Source of the DNA: Octopus sinensis
Taxonomy: Eukaryota
Assembly: GCF_006345805.1 (NCBI RefSeq)
Contig: NW_021832802.1
Location: 1-32,290, forward strand
Length of the DNA: 32,290 nucleotides
Direction: 5' to 3'
In this document: positions 20,715 through 30,596 of the stretch, piece after piece
Numbering within the stretch: the first letter of the stretch is position 1
How the letters are laid out: each line of letters begins with the position of its first letter
Notes under the pieces: model-generated
Seen by the model: only the letters and a program-made list of their open reading frames with translations
Databases searched by the model: none
What the model was told of the DNA's origin: nothing
Program-made: the position numbers and the translations under genes

Positions 20715-21020
20715 TACATACATATATATATATATATATACATACATACACACATGAACACACATGCATACATACATACATATATACATACATACATACA
20801 CACATATATACATCCATCCATGCATACATACATACACACATGAACACACGTGCATACATATATATATACATACATACATACATATAAATATACATACATA
20901 CATAGATACATATATATATACATACATAGATACATATATATATATATATATATATATACATACATGCCCACATATATGCATGCATGCATGCATACATGCA
21001 TATGTGTGTGTGTGTGTGTG
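20715..21020. repeat. (CATA)/(TA)/(TG) compound microsatellite
   Basis: Direct reading. Confidence 0.9.
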
Positions 21021-21281
21021 AATGCACGTGGCTTAGTGGTTAGGGTATTTGGTTCACGATCCTAAGGTCATGAGTTCTATTCCTGGCGGCGCTTTGTGTC
21101 CTTGAGCAAAAGACTTTATTTCACCGTCGCACCACTCCATTCAGCTGGCAAAAATGAATTGTGTCTGTAATTCAAAGGGAGCAGCCATGACACATTCTGT
21201 GTCACGCTGAATCTCCCTGAGAACTACATTAAGGGTACACGTGTCTGTGGAGTGCTCAGCCACTTGCACGTTAATTTCACG
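21021..21281 (+). mobile_element. SINE with D-type head/core and E-type tail
   Basis: GTGGCTTAGTGGTTAGGG head, GTGTCCTTGAGCAA core, tail GGGTACACGTGTCTGTGGAGTGCTCAGCC...CCGACGGAGTGC shared with family E. Confidence 0.85.
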
Positions 21282-21349
21282 AGCAGGCTGTTCCGTTGAT
21301 TGTATCAACTGGAATCTTCGTCGTCGTAACCGACGGAGTGCTATCTATA

Positions 21350-21380
<31 letters not shown>

Positions 21381-21477
21381 CATTTATCCATCTATCTATC
21401 TATCTATCTGTCTGTCTGTCTGTCGATCTATCTATCTATCGATCGATCGATCTGTCTGTCTGTCTGTCTGTCTCTCG

Positions 21478-21526
<49 letters not shown>

Positions 21527-21760
21527 CTATCTATCTATCTGTCAGTCAGTTTGTCTGTCTGTCTGTCTGTCTCTCCCTTTCTCCCGCTTTGTCTGTCTGA
21601 TAATCTGCTTCTCTGTCGCTATCTCTCTCTCTCTCTCTCTCTCTCTCCCTCTTTGTATGATTATTTATCTCTCTATTTATCTATCTTTATATCTATTTAT
21701 CAGTTAGTCAGTATGTCTGTCTGCCTCTCTCTCTCTCTCTCCCTCTCTCCATCCATCCAT
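21282..21760. repeat. (TCTA)n/(TCTG)n/(TC)n compound microsatellite
   Basis: Direct reading. Confidence 0.9.
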
Positions 21761-22490
21761 TCTGTCGTTAGGCCAGTCTCTGCAGTATATGTCCCGAGGC
21801 CTATCGACAATGTGTGTTCATTGAGTATGACAACAGATGGCTATACATATATTTTTTTTGTATTTAAAGACAATGAATGTTGCATTAGCGACACATTCGT
21901 TTGATAAAGTACATGTGATGTGTGCAAGTATTATTTCTGTTGTCTGTAATGCTTTGTTGAGGTGTTTATTTTTCTTTTTCATTCTCTACAATTAGTAAAT
22001 TTGCGCGTTCGTTAATGTTTGTCGTAGGTTAGGATTTTGTGTCTTATATTTTCTGCCGTTAATAGTTGTATTGTTCTGTTTAACAATATTCTTTGAGATA
22101 TCAACAGTTCCGCAAGCTTAACTGGATAAACATACACACGCGGAAACACATACCTGCAAACACATTCACATACAGGCGTGTACAAACAATATTCTTTCGT
22201 ACGGAAAGTGGTGCTTGTATGAAGCGACGACATATTTGACAAGAATTTATATATATTCTTTTTCTAATCTAGAAAAATGAAATTATTAAAAAAGAAAATC
22301 GACACCAAAAAATAAACAAGTTTTTGTTGTCGTACTTCCGTATTCGTTCGTATTTTCCATTTCAAATGTTCAACAGAATATTTCCGTATGAAAGGTAAAA
22401 AATAAAAAAAGGAAAGAAAACACCCAAGAAAAATGTGTTTTGTGCCGCCTAAGCCAGAGTTACGAGGAGTGGTTTGAAAACACAGATGAA

Positions 22491-23052
22491 CAGCGCTCGG
22501 CAGTGACTCTTACGGCTTCTGATCTTTACTGATTGGAAGTGTTATCATGTACATTGTTTTGCATTGGTATAAAAGATGGGCTACAGCAAATATTCTGCTC
22601 AATACCACAGATTTGCTTGTCAGTTGTTTTACTTTAACCAGTTAAGCATGTCCCTTAGCGGCCGACGATATGTGCATCTCTGATCACGTGCAGGAGTAGC
22701 GGGGGAGCATCATAGTCAAGTGCTGAGGAGAATTGTTTGGGGTTTGAATAATTCACCTCTGGAAGTATAGGTACTTATTCATCATCGTTAAAGAAATCTT
22801 ATTCAGGGACCTTTTGAGCGGGATGGGCTACTCAACCCGAAGAAAATTCTGAGCTCCGCTTGCGAGGTCATCCGTGGATTATCTTGATATGAGAATACCA
22901 TGTCGCGGACATATGATTGTGATGCATGTGCCTTGTGTACCTTTACCACATAAGTAATCACAATGGGTATATTGGGCTTCGTATATTTGTACCCAGTGTC
23001 GCTTTGGTGACATGCATTGCTCTCTCTCTCTCTCTCACTCAATAATAATAAT
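22491..23052. mobile_element. Unclassified interspersed repeat of about 560 bp ending in (AAT)n, copy 1
   Basis: Colinear with 23053-23719 (e.g. TGATTGGAAGTG, AAAAGATGGGC, TTTGCTTGTCAGTTGTTT, GGACCTTTTGAG.GGGATGGGCTACTCAA, CTCTCACTCAATAATAATAAT). Confidence 0.75.
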
Positions 23053-23719
23053 GCCCTGATTCAGTACCAGGCAGTGGCTCTCATAGCTTTTGATCTTAAT
23101 TGATTGGAAGTGTTTATATATATATGCTTTGTCTTGGTGTAAAAGATGGGCCACTGCAAATATTCTGCCCAATACCTATTTCTTTACTACCCACAAGGGG
23201 CTAAACACAAAAGAGATAAACAAGGACAAACAAACGGATTAAGTCGATTATATCGACCCCAGTGCGTAACTGGTACTTATTTAATCGACCCCGAAAGGTT
23301 GAAAGGCAAAGTCGACCTCGGCGGAATTTGAACTCAGAACGTAGCGGCAGACGACCACAAATTTGCTTGTCAGTTGTTTGACCTTAACACGTTGACCATG
23401 TCCCTTAGTGGGTGATGATAACTGCATTTCTGATTACGCGCCGTAGTAGTGGGGGAGCATCAAAGCCTTGTGTTGAGAGAGATTCTCTGGGTGTTTCGTT
23501 CAACATCCTTAAACAACTCTTATTCAAGGACCTTTTGAGAGGGATGGGCTACTCAATGGGCTTCATCTAATCATCCTGTTGCACTCATATTGTTGAGATA
23601 CATGTACCTGGTATACACTTATCAAACGGTTAGTGATGGTGGTTATATTGGGTTTCGTACATTTGTACTCCAGTGCCACTTTTACGGCATATGCTGTTCT
23701 CTCACTCAATAATAATAAT
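23053..23719. mobile_element. Same repeat, copy 2, interrupted by a family A SINE
   Basis: See copy 1; CAATACC|ACAAATTTGCTTG is split by the insertion at 23177-23353. Confidence 0.75.
23177..23353 (-). mobile_element. Family A SINE, 5'-truncated, nested
   Basis: Closely similar to 3004-3180 (TACTACCCACAAGGGGCTA...GTCGACCTCGGCGGAATTTGAACTCAGAACGT). Confidence 0.9.
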
Positions 23720-24017
23720 CATCATAGCAAACACACGTTCACACATTTAACACATACGAGTATGAAATAGCAGTTTGTTTGTGACACAAACCTGCGAATA
23801 AAGACGTAGAAGTGCGTTTAAGAATTCTACTTTCTATGTAAAGTATTTTGCTTGGATTTTGGATTTTTTTACGTTTGTGTATGCACACTGAAAAGGTTTC
23901 CTTCTACACTTGTATCTTATCTTGGCAGTCCTAATACTTCTCGCGCGGTGAAAAGCAGTTCGCTTTTGAAATCTTAATATTCTCCTAAATGGAAAATTAC
24001 TTATGAACCTCGAGGTG

Positions 24018-24066
<49 letters not shown>

Positions 24067-24237
24067 CAAACATATTCATGCATATATACCATGTATATAT
24101 ATATGTCTATGTATGTATGCATGTGATATACATATATGTATACATACATATATATATATATATATAAATATATATATATTTATATACACGCACATGTTAA
24201 GAAGACACATAGACGCACACACATAACACCCACACAC

Positions 24238-24269
<32 letters not shown>

Positions 24270-24339
24270 CACATACACAAATATGTATATATGCATATAC
24301 TTACGTACATATATATAATACATATATATATATATATAA

Positions 24340-24428
24340 TATTAATGATGATGTGATGATGAAGACGATGATGATGATGACGGCGATAATAATAGCGATA
24401 ATGATGATGATGATGACGATGGAAAATA

Positions 24429-24491
<63 letters not shown>

Positions 24492-24695
24492 TAATTGGAA
24501 TGACGATGACGTTGATGATAATGAGAACGACTATGATGATGATGATGCCAATGCTAATGTTTACAGTGATGATGATGATGATGCCAATGATAATGTTTGC
24601 AGTGATGATGATGATGCCAATGATAATGTTTGCAGTGATGATGATGATGACGATGATAATGTTTACAGTGATGATGATGATGATGATAATGACGA
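24340..24695. repeat. (GAT)n/(AAT)n microsatellite with 33-36-bp higher-order units
   Basis: AATGTTT(A/G)CAG at 24556, 24592, 24625, 24658. Confidence 0.9.
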
Positions 24696-24834
24696 TGCTG
24701 AGGATTTGGAACATAATTCGAGTATTATTTGAAAGACTTCCCATTTTTCTCTCTTTGGCTGGCTTATCTCTGAAACGTAAGTATCTTGAATGAAGCGAAA
24801 GGATGTTGGTGTATTAAGGTGGACTTAATACACA

Positions 24835-24965
24835 TTAGAGAGAAAGAGAGAGAGAGGGGGAAGAGAGAGAGAGGGGGAAGAGAGAGAGAGAGAGCGAGAG
24901 AGCGGGAGAGGGGAGAGATAGAGTGGGGAGAGAGGAGAAAGAGAGAAAGAAAGGAGAGAGTAAAG
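24835..24965 (+). repeat. (GA)n polypurine tract with G-runs
   Basis: Direct reading. Confidence 0.9.
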
Positions 24966-25049
24966 AATATATAATGCTGTTCTCGTTCAAATTTTTTGCT
25001 TACATTTTCTCCATTTCTTCTAATCTGTGTTTGTGAATGAATGCATGTT

Positions 25050-25500
25050 ATATTATATTATACAATACATATATATAATACATACATATATACATACATT
25101 ATATAATATATATACATATATCATACATTTATATATACATATATATACATATATATATACATATATATACATACATATATACTATATATACATATATTAT
25201 ACATATATATATATCTATATACACATATATATATACACACACATATATCTACATAATATATATATATACATATATAATACATACACACATATATATATCA
25301 CATACATACATACATATATATATAGATATATATATATACATACATACAAACATATATATATATAATATATATCTATATATATATATACGTACATACAAAC
25401 ATCATACAAACTATATATATACGTACATATAAACATACATATATATATAATATATATATACATACATACACACTCACACACACATATATATATATGTATG
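25050..25500. repeat. (TA)n/(TACA)n microsatellite
   Basis: Direct reading. Confidence 0.9.
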
Positions 25501-25876
25501 GTGACTTCATTTAGTTATAAGAAAAGAGTATACTTATAGATAAATGCTAAATGTTTTCTTCTAATTTAAGTGATGCCAGTTTAAATATGAAAATTTTAAA
25601 TTAGACTAATGTAATTAGTGACGAAACAGTACTACAAAAAACGAACACCTGGTTAAGACTTACAAACAGCTCGTTGGTAGAAGTACTGCGAATCAAAAGC
25701 ACCGCATACCTGATACCGGTAAGATTCTGGGGTCATCAGCGGAGGATGTGCATCGTTTTGTGGCCTTTCTATCGATGGTTTTATATCGATCTAGTTCTCC
25801 TAACTGACGCGAGGCCCCGACTGCTGGATCAACTGACCAGTATTTAACCATCGACACACACCACACACACACATAT

Positions 25877-25931
<55 letters not shown>

Positions 25932-25933
<2 letters not shown>

Positions 25934-26127
25934 CGGGAAAGTTTACGAAAATAAACAAAAGACGAGGGCAGGTGGAGTGGAGTACAACCAAACAATGTAT
26001 TAGTATGGCGCTCAGGAATAGAAATAGAACAAGTCTTTACGTTTCGAGCCTACGCTCTTCGACAGAAAGATACACAGAAAAAACACAAGGAGAGAAAAAA
26101 ATGCGTGTAGGAGCTAACGATCTATCA

Positions 26128-26128
<1 letters not shown>
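25932..26128 (-). mobile_element. Hammerhead-motif repeat, copy 2, between two (TA)n tracts
   Basis: Homologous to 13487-13652 in reverse; motif at 26034-26070. Confidence 0.55.
26034..26070 (-). ncRNA. Minimal type-I hammerhead-ribozyme-like motif (A6U core variant); activity unproven
   Basis: UCUUU-CUGUCGA-A-GAGC(GUAG)GCUC-GAAA-C-GUA-AAGA. Confidence 0.4.
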
Positions 26129-26186
<58 letters not shown>

Positions 26187-26619
26187 TAATAGTAATAGTA
26201 TGACAACAAAAGAATGATTGAGCCCTCGATATTATGTAAATAGAGGAATTTATCTATAATATAATATGTATGCATGGTTTATCCAAAAGATCTGCTACCG
26301 CCTCTCAAACTCGATCCTATTTCTCATCCTCCACAACCTTCAGCTGCTTTAAGTGACGTTAGTTTTAGAAACAGACTATACAGATGATTAAATCCTAATT
26401 ATTTTCATTTCTGTAATTACTGACGATTCAAGCTCTATACAAATATAAAGAAAATGTTTTTTTGTCATTTAAATGATGTTAGCTTAAATATGAAAGATTT
26501 AAATTAGACTAATGCAATTATTGACAAAGCAACACAACACAAACGAACACCAGTTTTAGAATATTACGGAGATGTACTTGCATAGCAAGTCATTTGATCT
26601 GAGATCTTGTGCTGAAACG

Positions 26620-27199
26620 AAAACAATTGCAGCGTGAAGGTGTTTGTAAGCCATTTGGAAGCACTCCGTCGGTTACGACGACGAGGGTTCCGGTTGATCC
26701 GATCAACGGAACAGCCTGCTCGTGAAATTAACGTGTAAGTGGCTGAGCACTCCACAGACACGTGTACCCTTAACGTAGTTCTCGGGGATATTCAGCGTGA
26801 CACAGAGAGTGACAAGGCCGGCCCCTTGATATACAGGTACAACAGAAACAGGAAGTAAGAGTGAGGGAAAGTTGTGATGAAAGAGTACAGCAGGGATCAC
26901 CACCATCCCCTGCCGGAGCCTCGTGGAGCTTTAGGTGTTTTCGCTCAATAAACACTCACAACGCCCGGTCTGGGAATCGAAACCGCGATCCCACGACCGC
27001 GAGTCCACTGCCCTAACCACTGGGCCATTGCGCCTCCGCCTGTAAGCCATTTAAGAAACACACAAAAGCTGTGAACAGGTCGCGGTCTTATAGCGACGAA
27101 AATATTTTGACAAATTAAACTTAAATGTTGAAGTGAATCGAACGGCTTTTGTGTGTTTCTTAAATGGTTTACAAACACCTTCCACGCTGCAATAGTTTT
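26620..27199. mobile_element. MITE-like element with inverted arms of about 55 bp, left arm interrupted by a family E SINE
   Basis: Joining 26620-26656 to 27053-27069 gives the near reverse complement of 27145-27199. Confidence 0.75.
26657..27040 (-). mobile_element. Family E SINE, full length, 12-bp TSD
   Basis: TSD TGTAAGCCATTT at 26645-26656 and 27041-27052. Confidence 0.95.
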
Positions 27200-27257
27200 A
27201 GAATAAATTTCTAGAATAGTTCAATCATTATTATAAGATATTTGCAACCAAACAGAT

Positions 27258-27640
27258 GGAAGCACTCCGTCGGTTACAACGACGAGGGTTCCGGTTGATC
27301 CGATCAACGGAACAGCTGCTCGTGTGAAATAACGTGTAAGTGGCTGAGCACTCCACAGACACATGTACCCTTAACGTAGTTCTCGGGGATATTCAGCGTG
27401 ACACAGAGAGTGACAGGTCGGCCCTTGAAATACAGGTACAACAGAAACAGGAAGTAAGAGTGAGAGAAGAAAGTTGTGGTGAAAGAGTACAGCAGGGATC
27501 ACCACCATCCCCTGCCGGAGCCTCGTGGAGCTTTAGGTGTTTTCGCTCAATAAACACTCACAACGCCCGGTCTGGGAATCGAAACCGCGATCCCACGACC
27601 GCGAGTCCACTGCCCTAACCACTGGGCCATTGCGCCTCCA
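27258..27640 (-). mobile_element. Family E SINE, full length, 10-bp TSD
   Basis: TSD CAACCAAACA at 27245-27254 and 27641-27650. Confidence 0.95.
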
Positions 27641-27749
27641 CAACCAAACATAATGACTGTATTAAACACGAAGAAGACTATATAATCGCGTGGGACCAAT
27701 ATTTAGTTTGGTATCTGTTGCTTTTTATTTATCTTTTATTTATATGCGT

Positions 27750-27930
27750 CAATGTACTGTGGCCATTCTGGAGCATTACTTGAAGAGTTTAGTCGAATAA
27801 ATCGACCCCAGTACTTATTGTTATTCAGTCTGGTACTTATTCTATCGTTACTCTTTTGCCGAACCGCTTAATCAGACACGGAAACAAACCATATTGTGAA
27901 GCGGCGGCAGTGAACAAACGCAAACACATA
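27750..27930 (-). mobile_element. Family B-related SINE 3' half, diverged
   Basis: ACTGTGGCCATTCTGGAGC...TAGTCGAATAAATCGACCCCAGTACTTA...TTTTGCCGAACCGCT. Confidence 0.7.
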
Positions 27931-28085
27931 CATACATACATAATACATACATACATACATACATACATACATACATACATACATACATACATGCACACAC
28001 ATATACATACATAAACACTTACAAACACATACATATATCGATACATACAAAAATAAATATTTACATATATACGCAATCACAAATA

Positions 28086-28643
28086 CGGTGGGTTACCCAA
28101 AAGTAACCGGAAACAGTCTCTGTGGGAAAGCTCATCGTAGTTCAAGCTTCCGCCGCTAGAAGCCACTTGATGCGACCCTCAGGCATCAGTCTACTGCCCA
28201 GCGTTGTCTAGTGGCGTCATACTGTCACGTGGTGCGTCTTTGTTTTGTAGTGCTTATTCCCGCCTTTTTCGTCCATTTTCGCGATGGCTGAAACGAAGAA
28301 GTAGTGTGCTTCCGGGAAATTCTATTTTCTGTTAGGGAAAATGGCGATCGAAATAGTCGTCATGCTTGAAACAGCTTATAAGGACGCCGCCGTGAGCAAA
28401 ACACAAGTTTACGAGTGGTTTGCACGCTTTATGGATTGGTCACTTGTCGCTTGAAGACCAATCTCGTTCAGGGTGACCGTCGACCTCACGAACGAATGAA
28501 AACATTATGGAAATTCATGAATTGATCTTGGTGAACCGTCATCTAACAATTGACGAACTTCTTGATCATGACTGGTGTGTCCTGGATCTCCTGCCAACGA
28601 ATTTTGAGTGAAAAATTACGAATAAAAACAGTTGCAGCAGAAC
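28086..28643 (+). mobile_element. Mariner 5' half: TIR plus transposase N-terminal pseudogene (28284-28643)
   Basis: TA|CGGTGGGTTACCCAAAAGTAACCGGAA end; MAETKK*CASGKFYFLLGKMAIEIVVMLETAYKDAAVSKTQVYEWFARF / GHLSLEDQSRSG*PSTSRTNENIMEIHELIL..R.LTIDEL / MTGVSWISCQRILSEKLRIKTVAAE, i.e. the mariner HTH with stops and frameshifts. Confidence 0.9.
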
Positions 28644-28759
28644 ATTAAAACTTCGTTTGTATGCACTACAGAGTTCAAGGTCAATATCTACTAAGGAACT
28701 TCACCTTGCGTGCTTTAGCTTCGTTACAATGACAACAGTCCGGATACTTATTGATTAGA

Positions 28760-28895
28760 CCACGTATTAGTTTAACGCTCGGGAAGAACGGAAAAGTATT
28801 TTACATTTCGAGCCTACGCTCATCGACAGACAGGATTTAAGAGGAAAGAAATAGAGACTGAATGAAAAAAAAAAGACGGAGAGAGAAAAATGTGC
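28760..28895 (-). mobile_element. Hammerhead-motif repeat, copy 3, diverged
   Basis: GTATTAGTTTAACGCTC and TTTCGAGCCTACGCTCATCGACAG shared with copy 2. Confidence 0.45.
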
Positions 28896-28924
28896 AGACT
28901 TCAACGGTCCAACATGGCGGTACA

Positions 28925-29498
28925 GACACATGAAGGATTTCTACATATTTTTTGCCTACCAAATTCACGCACAAGGAAGTGGTCAGTCTGGAGTTATGGT
29001 AAAAGACATTTGTGAAGATACCGCGGAGTGGGGGAAGCACTCCGTCGGTTTCGACGACGAGGGTTCCGGTTGATCCGAATCAACGGAACAGCCTGCTCGT
29101 GAAATTAACGTGTAAGTGGCTGAGCACTCCACAGACACGTGTACCCTTAACGTAGTTCTCGGGATATTCAGCGTGACACAGAGAGTGACAAGGCCGGCCC
29201 TTTGAAATAGAGGTACAACAGAAACAGGAAGTAAGACTGAGAGAAAGTTGTGGTGAAAGAGTACAGCAGGGATCACCACCATCCCCTGCCGGAGCATCGT
29301 GGAGCTTTTAGGTGTTTCCGCTCAATAAACACTCACAACGCCCGGTCTGGGAATCGAAACCGCGATCCTATGACCGCGTGTCCGCTGCCCTAACCACTGG
29401 GCCATTGCGCCTCCACACCGCGGAGTGGAACTGAGTTGGAAAGCACGTCGTTACCAAACATGCTTCAAACGTCGTTACCACACAGCCATGCTTGCGCC
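28925..29498 (-). mobile_element. Old family B-like SINE interrupted by an E SINE
   Basis: CTACCAAATTCACGCACAAGG...ACCGCGGAGTGG|AACTGA...TTACCACACAGCCATGCTTGCGCC aligns with the B 5' half. Confidence 0.65.
29032..29416 (-). mobile_element. Family E SINE, full length, 12-bp TSD
   Basis: TSD ACCGCGGAGTGG at 29020-29031 and 29417-29428. Confidence 0.95.
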
Positions 29499-29532
29499 TC
29501 TGTCTATCTGTCTCTCCCTATATATATATATA

Positions 29533-29830
29533 GGAGCGCTCCATCGGTTGGGACGACGAGGGTCCCAGCTGATACGATCAACGGAACAGCTTGCTCGTGA
29601 AATTAACGTTCATGTGGCTGAGCACTACGCAGACACGTGTACCCTTAACGTAGTTCTCGGAGAGACTCAGCATGTACAGAGTGTGACAACGCTGGCCCTT
29701 TGAAATACAGCTGAATGGACTGGAGCAACGTGAAATAAAGTGTCTTGCTCAAGGACACAGCGCGCCGCCAAGCATCGAACTCACAAACTTACGATCATGA
29801 GCCGAATGCCCCTAACCACTAATCCACGCA
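29533..29830 (-). mobile_element. SINE with D-type head/core and E-type tail
   Basis: Same architecture as 21021-21281, in reverse. Confidence 0.85.
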
Positions 29831-29893
29831 TTAATTATTGATTATAAATTTTGGTACATTTTTGTAAAATGCCAACAATTTTGGGGGAAGTCA

Positions 29894-30047
29894 GTTACAT
29901 CTACGCCAGTACTCAACTGGTATTTATTTTATCGACCCCGAAAAAGTGAAAGAATGACAGTCGGATTTGATCTCAGAACGTAATGACGGACGAAATTCCG
30001 CCAAACATTTTTCCTGGCGCAGTAACGATTCTACCATCCCGCCGCTT
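29894..30047 (-). mobile_element. Family A SINE, degraded
   Basis: CAACTGGTATTTATTTTATCGACCCCGAAA...GATTTGATCTCAGAACGT...AACGATTCTACC. Confidence 0.75.
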
Positions 30048-30266
30048 TATATAGTTATTAGTTATTTATATATAACATTAGTTATTGGAATTAAATAATA
30101 AATCATATCCAGTTTATTATCAAATATAATAATTTAATGCATGAAACTCCATGTACAAATCATTTATACATGGAATCCCATGAATTTAATCAACATTATT
30201 ATGATGACTTCGAAATTATTTACCATTTATACTTCATAATTAATAGCTAATATTTAATTAGTTTTG

Positions 30267-30310
<44 letters not shown>

Positions 30311-30451
30311 ATATATACATGAATGTATTTAAGTATGTATTTATGTATGTATGTATATATTTATGCGTATGTATGCTGTTAGCATATGTATGGTCGTGTG
30401 TATATATCCAGAGTAAGAAAACAGAATTGAAGAAATTAAAATAAATATTTC

Positions 30452-30577
30452 GCGCAGGCGTGTATGTGTGGTTGAGAAGCTTGTTTTGCAAACACGTCGT
30501 CCCGTGTTCAATCCTACTTCTCGTCATCTTGCCAAGTGTATTCTACGATAGCCTTGGACTGAGCAGTGCCTCGTGAG
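30452..30577 (+). mobile_element. Degraded family B head
   Basis: GCGCAGGCGTGTATGTGTGGTTGAGAAGCTTG...GTGTTCAATCCTACT...CATCTTGCCAAGTGTATTCT. Confidence 0.6.
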
Positions 30578-30596
30578 GTATATATATATATATATA

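Noticed and set aside
20347-20715. Possible LINE ORF1 relic or exon (minus-strand SLAAFGEVHSV)
   Set aside because: Too short and stop-ridden to assign; no motif I can name with confidence.
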